A stretch of DNA of 64,000 bases from Candidatus Ozemobacteraceae bacterium (lineage in GTDB: Bacteria > Muiribacteriota > Ozemobacteria > Ozemobacterales > Ozemobacteraceae): NCBI GenBank assembly GCA_965140445.1, contig OZ223236.1:1376001-1440000 (forward strand). Direction: 5' to 3'. Both the position numbers and the translations under genes were made by a program. Under the pieces are notes generated by a model. It was not told the origin of the DNA. It was given only the letters and a program-made list of their open reading frames with translations, and ran no database searches. This document shows, piece by piece, positions 37,527 to 46,828 of this stretch. Each line of letters begins with the position of its first letter. The first letter of the stretch is position 1.

Positions 37527-38603
37527 ATGATTTTTGAGCTGCTTAATCTTTGTCTGGAAAAGGGCGCTTCTGATTTACACTTTAAGGCAGGTTATCCGCC
37601 TATTTTAAGAATTGATGGAACAATGAGACCCATCAAAGATATGCCCGAAATTAACTTTGACGACTATGAAAACATGCTTGAAGCAATCCTTGATGATGCT
37701 CAAATGGTAACTTTTTTGAAGTTTAAAAAACTCGATATTGGTTACAGTTTCCAAAATGCTCGTTTCAGAGTAAATTTATTTAATGATTTGCGAGGCGGGA
37801 ATGCTGTTTTCAGGGTTATTCCGTTTAAAAACCTTTCTTTTAATGATATAAATCTTCCAAAATCTGGAAGAACCTTAGCAGATAGTCCGAAGGGGTGTAT
37901 CTTAGTTACTGGCGCAACAGGGGCCGGGAAATCTACTACACTTTCAACCTTTATTACTCATATAAACTCAGCATATAGCAAAACAATTGTGACCGTAGAA
38001 GATCCGATTGAATACTTGTTTGAAGATGATTTAAGTCTAATCAGCCAGCGACAGGTTGGTGTTGATTGTTTAAATTTCGAAGATGGAATTCGCGGTGCAC
38101 TTAAGATGGACTGTGATGTTTTAATGGTTGGTGAACTTAGAAATGCAGAGGCTGTAGAAATGACACTGCTAGCTGCTGAATCCGGGAAACTGGTTTTTGC
38201 TACTTTGCATAGTAATACGGCATTACAAGCCTTAGAAAGATTTGTAAATTTATTCCCAAGAAATCTTCACGGACAGATACTTGGGCGATTGGCAGGTTGT
38301 TTGCAGGGGGTTGTAACTCAAACTCTTATTCCCAAAAAACAGGGGAGGGGAAGAGTTGCTGCTTTTGAAATTTTGCTGAATACTCCCGCCGTAAAAGGTC
38401 TCATAAATGAAAACAGAGTTCATTTAATTTCTTCCTATCTTGAGTCGGGTGCTACCTCAGGGATGAGATCTCTTGATCAATCTCTTGTTGAGTTAATCGT
38501 TGAAAAACGAGTTAGCATGAATGACGCTTTGATGCGAGCAAATAACCCATCTTTTGTTAAACGAAAAGTTGAAGAATATGATGGAATTGGGGGCGAGCAA
38601 TGA
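37527..38603 (+). CDS. pilT: Type IV pilus retraction ATPase PilT/PilU family (copy 1)
   Basis: GASDLH, GATGAGKST, TVEDPIE, VGELR, LVFATLH; GGAGG RBS before 37527. Confidence 0.88.
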   Translation: MIFELLNLCLEKGASDLHFKAGYPPILRIDGTMRPIKDMPEINFDDYENMLEAILDDAQMVTFLKFKKLDIGYSFQNARFRVNLFNDLRGGNAVFRVIPFKNLSFNDINLPKSGRTLADSPKGCILVTGATGAGKSTTLSTFITHINSAYSKTIVTVEDPIEYLFEDDLSLISQRQVGVDCLNFEDGIRGALKMDCDVLMVGELRNAEAVEMTLLAAESGKLVFATLHSNTALQALERFVNLFPRNLHGQILGRLAGCLQGVVTQTLIPKKQGRGRVAAFEILLNTPAVKGLINENRVHLISSYLESGATSGMRSLDQSLVELIVEKRVSMNDALMRANNPSFVKRKVEEYDGIGGEQ

Positions 38604-39646
38604 GACCAGAGATCTTTGATTTGTTTGAAAAAGCCCTCGAATTAGGAGCGAGCGATTTAATTCTTAAACCAGATGCTCCACCTTCATTTAGAATGAACAA
38701 GCATCTTATAATTTCTGAGGAAGAAACTTTGGCACCACAACAGATGTACGATTTATTTTTACCTCTGATTGATGCCAAACAGCAGGAGCAATTAAGAAGT
38801 GAATATCATGTTAGCTCTATTTTCCCATACAGAGAAAATAGATGCCGAATCAGATATTATATCTATCAACAGCGCGATGGTTATGCGGGATCATTTAGGT
38901 TTATTCCGCCAAAGATACCAAGTATAACTCAGCTAAATTTACCAAAAGAGCTCATAAATATTGCCGCCTCCCCACGTGGCTTATTCTTAGTAACTGGACC
39001 TGGATGTTCCGGGAAAACAATGACTATCGCTGCTATGGCAGACGCTATAAATAAAAGATTTGCCCGCCACATCATTACCATGGAGAATCCGGTAGAAATC
39101 CTATATACACCACAACAAGCCGTTTTTACTCAGGTTGAGATTGGTCGGGTTATTGATAATTATTCTGATGCTTTAACTAATGCTCTACGCGAGGATCCTG
39201 ACGTTATGATCATTGGAGAGCTTAAAGAGAGAGATATTCTTGAGCAAGCTCTTATGGCTGCAGAAACTGGGCATCTTGTTTTGTCTTCACTCCCAACTAT
39301 GGGCGCTGCGCCAACAATTGAACATATAATCAGCATGTTTCCACCGGAAAAACAGGAAGAAGCCAGAGCTCAAATTAGTTTGAACCTTATAGGTATCTTT
39401 TCTCAAATGTTGATTCCAAGTATTGATCCATTTCAACCGCCAAGGGTTGCTTATGAGTTGATGATGGTTAATTCCGCTATGCGCAACTTGATTAGAGAAA
39501 AGAAATATAACCAGCTTAGTACTGCGATGATTATGTCTAAAAGAGAAGGATGTCTGACATTAAAAGATTCGTTGGAAAAACTGCTGCGTGACGAGGGCGC
39601 TGATCAGACGCTTGTGAGAAGGCTTTTGCAGGAGATTGAAGAATGA
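38600..39646 (+). CDS. pilT: PilT/PilU-family ATPase (copy 2, partly degenerate)
   Basis: GASDLI, GPGCSGKT, ALREDPD, AAETGH, AMRNLIRE. Confidence 0.85.
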   Translation: MRPEIFDLFEKALELGASDLILKPDAPPSFRMNKHLIISEEETLAPQQMYDLFLPLIDAKQQEQLRSEYHVSSIFPYRENRCRIRYYIYQQRDGYAGSFRFIPPKIPSITQLNLPKELINIAASPRGLFLVTGPGCSGKTMTIAAMADAINKRFARHIITMENPVEILYTPQQAVFTQVEIGRVIDNYSDALTNALREDPDVMIIGELKERDILEQALMAAETGHLVLSSLPTMGAAPTIEHIISMFPPEKQEEARAQISLNLIGIFSQMLIPSIDPFQPPRVAYELMMVNSAMRNLIREKKYNQLSTAMIMSKREGCLTLKDSLEKLLRDEGADQTLVRRLLQEIEE

Positions 39647-41922
39647 ACGATATAGCTCAAAAAAGAATCGCAGAATTTCATCATCGAATTGTCGAAACAG
39701 TAATTTCTAACCTGGGATACGAGCATTCGCTTGATTTAAAGGTCAAACTTGTAAAAATTCTTTCTTTAATTGGAAACCAGGATCTCGAAACTTCGGTTTT
39801 TGGATTCCTAAAAAATAATATTGATCAAGAAGAAGCAATTATTGCAGCCTGTAGATTTCAGAGTGAAGAAATCGACAAGTTTTTGTTTTCCAGGGTCGCA
39901 GATAAAAGAGCAACTCATAGAGATCTGATAACGGAGCAGCTTGGTTTTAGAAAAAATGATGCTGTTTTGAATGTTCTTGTAAATCTTCTTGATGACGAAA
40001 ACAGGCATGTGAGGTTTCAGGCCGCAAGTAGCCTTTTTAATATTGGTGGGAAAGAAGCGGCTTTGGCATTGTGTAAATACATTTCTGATCCAGATGAATG
40101 GATTTCTATGACTATTCTTCGCTATCTTTGCATTTTGAAAGAACATGAAACAATTCCAATATTGTCTGAAAAGTTTCATCAAGATGAAGATTTGAGAAGA
40201 AAAGCCCTGATGGTGTCCTTTTTATCAAGATTTAATAGTGTAACGCTTATCAATATCTTTGATGAAGGGATAAGAGGAAGAGATGCCAGGCTTAAAGCAA
40301 ACTCAATTGAAGCAATTGGAAATCTGAATCTTCCTGAGGGAGAAATTAAGAAAAGGATCGAACCGTATTTAAGAGACCCAAATAATAGAATCAGGGCTAA
40401 CTCTATTTTGGCGCTTGCTCGCTCTGAGCCCGATAAAGTTAAGCCTGAAATTGCCGAAATGGTTGCATCCAACGATATTCAGTTGAGACGAAGTGCGGCA
40501 TTTATTCTTGGTATGATTCCTTCAGATGGGAACAAAGAATTGGCTGAAATTTTGATTAAAGATAGTTCGGTTGCTGTTCGGAAAAGAATGGTTATTTCTC
40601 TAAATAATTTTTCATCTGATTTTGTTTGTGATCAACTTGAAACAACCCTGAATGATTCTGACAAATGGATTAGAAAGCATTCTATTGATATGGCTTCAAG
40701 ATTGACTAATTTTCCGCATGACAGTGTGCTAAATTTGCTAAAAACAGAAAGAGCAGCTCCAAATCTGGAAGCATGCATGAAATTTTTCGCAAGAAAACCT
40801 TCAGAGAAAGCTCTTCCAAACCTTAAACTTCATGTAAAAGATAGAAGATTTAAAGTTATTAAAGCTTTATTGGAAGCTGTTGTAAGTATTAGTGGTATCG
40901 ATGGAGTTAAAAAACTGGCTCCAAGGTTAGATCAGCGAGATCCTAAAATTGTGGACGCCTTAACAGAAATCTTTCTAAAAGCTGGAGAAAGAAAAATACT
41001 AGACGATCTGGCAGAAAAATTTGCGTCCATAAATAAAGAAGATCAACTTCTTAAACTTGTTCCTTCAGTGGTTAGTTGTGTTGAGATTTTATCTGACCCT
41101 GAAAAAATTCCTGAGCCTTTATTAGAAAGTCTGGAAGCTCTAGAATTGGAAGAAAAAGTTGTTGAAGAAGCTATTGAGCCTGAAGTTGAAGAGCATGATT
41201 CAAATGATGAAGGTTCAACGGATATTGATTTTATTGGTCAGATTCCAGTTCCTGAACTTCCGACCGGAGAAGGGGCCAGAGATCTACCTTCACTTCTTGA
41301 ATTAAGCGAATTGGCAGCTTCTAGAAAAGCTAAGCCAAAAACTCCGAAAAGTTTCAGATCTGGCGTTAAAGCTTTTAATATGGGCAAACTCAAAAAGGCT
41401 CAGAAAGAATTTAACAAGCTATTAGAGGAAGAAGATGAGGTTCCAGAAAAAACTTATTACTACATGGGAATGATTTGTTTTGAACTGGAAAAATTTGAGC
41501 AGGCAAGAGATTTCCTGCAGACTTATCTTAGAAGCAGCCCAGATAACAGCAAAGTTAACTACATTTTGGGCAAGGTTTTGAAGAGTTTGAAAAATTGGTC
41601 GGGATTAGTTAAAGTTTACTCAAGATTTGCAGAAGGCAAAATTGATGCATCTCCAAAAATGAAAAAGAAGATTTACCTGGACCTTGGAATTGCAAATATT
41701 CTTATTGGTAAATATGATAGAGGCGCACAATTGCTTGAGAGTCTTTATAAGCTTGATAATGAAAATCCTGAAGTCGTTTATTACCTTGCTTTTGCACGAT
41801 TCAATTCAGGAAAATTGAGTGCAGCAGACGCTTTGTTGGATTCATTGTTAAAGGGTAATTGCAAGAGTAAGAGGTATTTAAAACTGGCTCAAGCTTTGAA
41901 AAAGAAAATGAAGGGTGGCTGA
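39643..41922 (+). CDS. HEAT-repeat protein with acidic linker and C-terminal TPRs
   Basis: DPNNRIRANSILAL-type repeats; TPR helices (YYYMG, NYILG, YYLA); ATGA-coupled to pilT copy 2. Confidence 0.85.
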   Translation: MNDIAQKRIAEFHHRIVETVISNLGYEHSLDLKVKLVKILSLIGNQDLETSVFGFLKNNIDQEEAIIAACRFQSEEIDKFLFSRVADKRATHRDLITEQLGFRKNDAVLNVLVNLLDDENRHVRFQAASSLFNIGGKEAALALCKYISDPDEWISMTILRYLCILKEHETIPILSEKFHQDEDLRRKALMVSFLSRFNSVTLINIFDEGIRGRDARLKANSIEAIGNLNLPEGEIKKRIEPYLRDPNNRIRANSILALARSEPDKVKPEIAEMVASNDIQLRRSAAFILGMIPSDGNKELAEILIKDSSVAVRKRMVISLNNFSSDFVCDQLETTLNDSDKWIRKHSIDMASRLTNFPHDSVLNLLKTERAAPNLEACMKFFARKPSEKALPNLKLHVKDRRFKVIKALLEAVVSISGIDGVKKLAPRLDQRDPKIVDALTEIFLKAGERKILDDLAEKFASINKEDQLLKLVPSVVSCVEILSDPEKIPEPLLESLEALELEEKVVEEAIEPEVEEHDSNDEGSTDIDFIGQIPVPELPTGEGARDLPSLLELSELAASRKAKPKTPKSFRSGVKAFNMGKLKKAQKEFNKLLEEEDEVPEKTYYYMGMICFELEKFEQARDFLQTYLRSSPDNSKVNYILGKVLKSLKNWSGLVKVYSRFAEGKIDASPKMKKKIYLDLGIANILIGKYDRGAQLLESLYKLDNENPEVVYYLAFARFNSGKLSAADALLDSLLKGNCKSKRYLKLAQALKKKMKGG

Positions 41923-42002
41923 ATCTAGTTCGTTTTCTGGTGTCTTTTCTCGGGTTGTTTTATGTTAAACTCAAAAAAACTTAAACTGATGGAAGTTAGA
42001 GC

Positions 42003-43517
42003 ATGGATATAAAAGTAAAACGTCTATTAAGAGATCTTTCAAATCCTGATGGAGATTTGCGGGCTTTGTCTGCAATGACCATTATGAAACTTGATTTTCC
42101 TGATAAAAAGGTTTCTGAAGAGGTAGTTAAAGCTCTTGTTAAAGCTACTCAAGATAAAAATGTTTCAGTTAGGTTTTTCGCGAGAAAAGCTATCGATAAG
42201 ATCAAGAAGTCTGATCGACTTTTAAAATCTGGAGCCAATGAGGAGCGAGATTCTGTTCCTCTGGCTGATAGATTGAGCTCTGAATCATATGAAAGTCGCC
42301 TTTCTGCGGTTTTAGAGATTTCAAATAAAAATGATGAAACCTTTAAAGACCAATTAATTACCATGCTTGGTGTTGAGGAACATCCGTTCGTAAAGGCGGC
42401 TATTGTAAGCGCATTGAAGCTTTTTATAACCAAAGAAGAAGCTGATATTCTCAGTCCATTTTTAACTGATCCGGATAACCGTGTAAGGTCAAATACTATT
42501 GAAGCTTTGGAATATTTAAAAGTGGAAGAAGCTATTCCAAGCTTGTTTTCTGCTCTTGAAGATCGCGACAATAGGATTAGATCTGTGGCGGCCAAAGCTC
42601 TTCAGTCTTTTGGAGAAGAAAAAGTTTTTACTGAGTTAAAGAAGATGCTCGAATCAGATGAAGAGTGGATGAAGGGCAGTGCAATATATGCTCTAAGTCA
42701 TATTCAAGCAGGAGAGGCAATTACAATGCTTATTGAGGCTGCCAAGACTGGCACCCACAATGAGACTCGTTTGAAAGCTATAATTGCTTTGGCAAATTAT
42801 CACGATTTAGCTTCTTTTGGTTTTTTGAAACACCTGGTGGTTACCTCGGAAGGTCCTATAAAAGAAGCCGCTGCAAGGTCATTAAAGTTGATCGAGGAGA
42901 AATTTGGACAAGAAGCGCCAATGACTACCATAGTTGCCTCAGATGAACCATCAGAAGAAGACGGCAATGAAGCTGGCTCACAGCCTGGAGATGCTGCTTC
43001 TGGGGATTTGACTTCAACAGTTACCCAGTTCTTCAGAAAAGGTAAAGACGAAGCGATTGGGTTATCTAAAAAGGCTGCGATAAATTTTGCTGTTACGGAT
43101 TTGAAAAAACAGCTGGATGAAAATTTTAAAGAAATTGGCCGGGTCGTATTTATAATGTATCAGAGTGGCGAACTTGAGATTCCAGAGCTATTAACCATTG
43201 GGCATGAAATTTTGAGAATGAATTTTTTTATCCAGAAATATACAGAACAGGAAGACAAGGTTGAAGAAAAGAAGGGCACAGGCTTCTTTGACCAGTTAAA
43301 AAATCTGTTTTCAAAGTCTGCTGAAGATTCAAAGAATAAGTCTCAGGCAGAAATTTTCACAAAAAAACGTGAAGAGCTATTGTTGAGACTTGGCCGACGT
43401 TCTGTAAAAAAATACGAAGAAGAAGTGTTTCAGGCCAAAGTGCTCGAAGTTTATATTGCAACTCATCAAAATCTTCAGAAAAAACTTAAGAATGAACAAG
43501 CTAAATTAGCTATTTAA
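42003..43517 (+). CDS. HEAT-repeat protein with helical C-terminal domain
   Basis: DPDNRVRSNTIEAL, DRDNRIRSVAAKAL repeats. Confidence 0.85.
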   Translation: MDIKVKRLLRDLSNPDGDLRALSAMTIMKLDFPDKKVSEEVVKALVKATQDKNVSVRFFARKAIDKIKKSDRLLKSGANEERDSVPLADRLSSESYESRLSAVLEISNKNDETFKDQLITMLGVEEHPFVKAAIVSALKLFITKEEADILSPFLTDPDNRVRSNTIEALEYLKVEEAIPSLFSALEDRDNRIRSVAAKALQSFGEEKVFTELKKMLESDEEWMKGSAIYALSHIQAGEAITMLIEAAKTGTHNETRLKAIIALANYHDLASFGFLKHLVVTSEGPIKEAAARSLKLIEEKFGQEAPMTTIVASDEPSEEDGNEAGSQPGDAASGDLTSTVTQFFRKGKDEAIGLSKKAAINFAVTDLKKQLDENFKEIGRVVFIMYQSGELEIPELLTIGHEILRMNFFIQKYTEQEDKVEEKKGTGFFDQLKNLFSKSAEDSKNKSQAEIFTKKREELLLRLGRRSVKKYEEEVFQAKVLEVYIATHQNLQKKLKNEQAKLAI

Positions 43518-43527
43518 GGAGTTTGTC

Positions 43528-44040
43528 GTGGATTTAAAAAAATATGTTAGAGATATTCCTGATTTTCCTAAACCTGGAATTGTTTTTAAGGATATTACTC
43601 CAATGCTGAAAAGCCCCGAGGCTTTTGGGGCGTTGATTGATATGTTTGCTACAAAATATAAAGACTCGGGGATAACAGCAATTTGTGGAATTGAATCCAG
43701 AGGATTTATTTTTGGGGCTGCATTAGCGCAAAAAATGAATGTGGGATTTATCCCGATACGAAAAGCGGGAAAACTTCCATATAAAACCGTAAAAAAAGAA
43801 TACAGTCTGGAATACGGCACTGATTCCATTGAGATTCATGAGGACGCTGTAGAAAAGGGTGAAAAGGTTCTGTTGATTGATGATTTAATTGCAACAGGCG
43901 GAACAGCTAAAGCGGCTTTAGATTTGCTTGAAGAAATTGGTGCAGATGTTGTTGGAATAGCTTTTTTAGTTGAGCTGACTTTCTTAAAGGGCATTGAAAA
44001 ATTTGACAAAAACAAGGTATTTTGCTTGTTGAAATACTGA
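43528..44040 (+). CDS. apt: Adenine phosphoribosyltransferase
   Basis: IPDFPKPGIVFKDITP, ESRGF, RKAGKLP, LEYGTD, LLIDDLIATGGT. Confidence 0.98.
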   Translation: MDLKKYVRDIPDFPKPGIVFKDITPMLKSPEAFGALIDMFATKYKDSGITAICGIESRGFIFGAALAQKMNVGFIPIRKAGKLPYKTVKKEYSLEYGTDSIEIHEDAVEKGEKVLLIDDLIATGGTAKAALDLLEEIGADVVGIAFLVELTFLKGIEKFDKNKVFCLLKY

Positions 44041-44043
44041 TTT

Positions 44044-44748
44044 ATGCCTACAAAATTGAAAATTCTTGCCGTTATTCCGGCAAGAGGCGGCTCCAAGCGA
44101 TTACCTGGGAAGAATTTAAAGCCCCTGGGGGGAAAGAGTTTAATCCGCCGATCTGCTGAAACAGCTACTGAATGTGGCTGTTTTGAAGCCGTTGCACTTT
44201 CCACGGATTGTCCGGCAATTGCGGAGGAAGGGCGAATGGCTGGCCTTTTGGTGCCATTTATAAGGCCTGCTGAATTAGCCACAGATAGCGCATCGTCAAT
44301 TGATGTGCTTTTGCACGCAACGAAATGGTTTGAAAGGGATGGGCTGTTTTTCGATACTATATGTCTTTTGCAGGTCACGTCACCGTTTGTTAATCCAGAT
44401 CATATTCTCAATGCTGTTGAAACCTTTGAAAAAGGCGATCTAACTACTCTTTCATCGATGGTAGAAGTTTCGCAGTATCCTGAGTGGATGTTTACCAGAA
44501 GAAGTAATGAAGGCTTTATCATGAAGCCAGATTTTCCAGAAAAACTAGTTTGTTCGTCGGACAAGATTCCTAAAAGGTTCATCGAAAATGGTGCAATATA
44601 TCTGGTAAAAAAGGATTATTTTCTAAAAACCGGTTCGCTGTATGACTTGGAAAATCATGGCGCGGTAGTTATGTCTGAGTCTGACTCAGTAGATATTGAT
44701 ACTCAATCTGACTGGGATCTGGCGGAGTTTTTTCTCGCAAGAAAATAG
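44044..44748 (+). CDS. Acylneuraminate cytidylyltransferase family (NeuA/PseF-like)
   Basis: IPARGGSKRLPGKN, RPAELATD, LQVTSPF, ENGAIY, DIDT. Confidence 0.9.
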   Translation: MPTKLKILAVIPARGGSKRLPGKNLKPLGGKSLIRRSAETATECGCFEAVALSTDCPAIAEEGRMAGLLVPFIRPAELATDSASSIDVLLHATKWFERDGLFFDTICLLQVTSPFVNPDHILNAVETFEKGDLTTLSSMVEVSQYPEWMFTRRSNEGFIMKPDFPEKLVCSSDKIPKRFIENGAIYLVKKDYFLKTGSLYDLENHGAVVMSESDSVDIDTQSDWDLAEFFLARK

Positions 44749-44758
44749 TAAGGTTAAA

Positions 44759-46828
44759 TTATTTTTTGACCATGATCTGGTTGAAAAGTGAGGCGCGATT
44801 TCTTCCGTTTTCTTTTGAATAATAAAGGGCGATGTCAGATTTTGATATAAGTTCTTTTTTGCTTCGTGCTTGATCCGGGTAACACGAAACTCCCAGTGAG
44901 ATCGTTATTGGAACCTGTTTGCCGTCAATTCTAAAATCGTATGATTCGATGGTGGATCTTATTCTTTCTGCAGGGACAAGGGACCCCTCACCATTTTTTT
45001 CGGGACAAATAACTACGAATTCTTCTCCACCATAACGGGCTGCAATATCAATTTCTCTTATGCTTTTTTCAATGAGCTTTGCTACGGTTTTCAAAACTCT
45101 ATCACCTTCTGGATGCCCATAGGTGTCATTAAATTGTTTGAAGTGATCCACGTCGATTAGAAGTAGAGAGACATGATTCTCATAGCGGTCAGCTCTTTGT
45201 AGTTCTTCATCTAGTCGTAACTGAAAATAGCGATGATTGTATAGTTTTGTCATTTCGTCTGTTACTGCATATTTGTACAGTCTGGCATTTTCTATGGCAA
45301 TGGCTGCCTGGGTTGCCAGATTTGAAAAAAGTTCAAAGTCTTTATCAGAAAAAGAATTTGGGGTTGATTTTGAAACATTAAGGGCGCCGAGAAGCTTGTC
45401 CTTCGCAATTAGAGGGACACACATCAGAGTTCCTTGCTGGACATTTTTTTTCTTTATGGACATGAAGGTTTGATCTGTTTCCACGTCTTTTATGAAAAGT
45501 GGTTTTCCAGTTTCAACAACGTAGCCTACAATAGATTGCCCGACTTCAACTCTAATATCTTTGGCTATTTCATCAGAAAGCCCAATTGCCACACCAATTG
45601 TTAGAATTTGCTCTGAGTCGTCCAGGAGCATTAAAGAGCCTTTTTCTGCGCTAATGACCTTGGCAACAGTTTCCAGAATCATGTTTTGAAGCTGTCTGAA
45701 ATCAAGAACTGAGCTTATGGCCTTTCCAACTTCGAACAGAGTTGATAGTGATTTGATTCTGTAGTCCAAGTCTTCTTTGGTGATTTTTAAATTTTGGCGC
45801 ATCTCATCAAAATTTGCAGTTAGCACTCCAATTTCATCGTCTGAGTGTGGAACTAACTTATGGGAGAAGTCGCCAAGACTGATAAATCTGGAACCTTCGA
45901 CAAGAGAAGAGATCGGCGAAGTAAACTTCCTCGCCAGGAAAAATGCCAGAAAGAAAGATATCAAAGCAATTATGCCAAGAGTTGTTAACATAAAGCTTTT
46001 GAATCTGTCGGCTGCTCTAAAAGCAACTTTTTCTTTAATTTGCAGGACAATGGTCCAATTTGGGGCTTGATAAAAATCGAACTTTTTTAATGAAACAGCT
46101 GTAATCAGATACTGCTCATTATCAATCTTTTTCATTTTGGTTATGTCGCTGTCAATGGCTTCTGACCCAGAGAAGTCAAAAGCGTGAGCGTCATCTGAGG
46201 ATTTGGCAATAACGGTTCCAGCTTCGTCTAAAACGAGCCCCTGGGATTTAGAATTTTTAAGCGCAGTTTTTAACAAGTCTCTAATGGTAAGAAGGTTTAC
46301 TTCAGATATCAGAACCCCGGCGATTCCTTGTTTCTCAGGTGAATGAATTACGGATTCTAACGTCATGTAAGGGGTGCCATCCTGACTTGTGAAAACTTCA
46401 GAAAGCGAACCCTGGTAACTTCTTTTTATGGCGTTGGAATAAAGCCAGTCCTTGGGGAGGCGTGTGGATGCGTCTGTTGATGCAACAATGTTTCTATTGC
46501 TATCGACCAGATACATTACTTTAAAAAAGGAGAAATAGCTCAATAGGGCATTAAAAAAGTCTTCCGAAATAACAGGATCAAGAGAGACAACCGCTTTTAA
46601 TGAAGTTATTGAATGGAGGAGCTTTCTTGTGTATTCAAGGTTCTCGAAGATACTGTGAGCTAAAACATTTGAAAGTTCCTGGTGACTTTGAGTGACCTCT
46701 TTAATAATGATCTGCTTTTGAGTATTGTATGATTGGAAGCCTAGATACCAAAGTGGCGCAAGGGAAAGAACCAGTAAAATTAGAATAAAACGGCCTCTTA
46801 TGCCGAATCTTATTCTATTGTTATTCAT
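44759..46828 (-). CDS. Diguanylate cyclase: TM-Cache-TM-HAMP-GAF-GGDEF
   Basis: DVDHFKQFNDTYGH, intact RYGGEEF, RxxD I-site (REID), HAMP DEIGVL, GAF FSDKD..LATQAAIAIENA. Confidence 0.93.
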   Translation of the reverse strand: MNNNRIRFGIRGRFILILLVLSLAPLWYLGFQSYNTQKQIIIKEVTQSHQELSNVLAHSIFENLEYTRKLLHSITSLKAVVSLDPVISEDFFNALLSYFSFFKVMYLVDSNRNIVASTDASTRLPKDWLYSNAIKRSYQGSLSEVFTSQDGTPYMTLESVIHSPEKQGIAGVLISEVNLLTIRDLLKTALKNSKSQGLVLDEAGTVIAKSSDDAHAFDFSGSEAIDSDITKMKKIDNEQYLITAVSLKKFDFYQAPNWTIVLQIKEKVAFRAADRFKSFMLTTLGIIALISFFLAFFLARKFTSPISSLVEGSRFISLGDFSHKLVPHSDDEIGVLTANFDEMRQNLKITKEDLDYRIKSLSTLFEVGKAISSVLDFRQLQNMILETVAKVISAEKGSLMLLDDSEQILTIGVAIGLSDEIAKDIRVEVGQSIVGYVVETGKPLFIKDVETDQTFMSIKKKNVQQGTLMCVPLIAKDKLLGALNVSKSTPNSFSDKDFELFSNLATQAAIAIENARLYKYAVTDEMTKLYNHRYFQLRLDEELQRADRYENHVSLLLIDVDHFKQFNDTYGHPEGDRVLKTVAKLIEKSIREIDIAARYGGEEFVVICPEKNGEGSLVPAERIRSTIESYDFRIDGKQVPITISLGVSCYPDQARSKKELISKSDIALYYSKENGRNRASLFNQIMVKK

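Noticed and set aside
43506..44582. Several 60-180-aa antisense ORFs over apt and the NeuA-like gene (and similar ones throughout the window)
   Set aside because: They lie fully opposite well-supported genes and carry no recognisable motifs.
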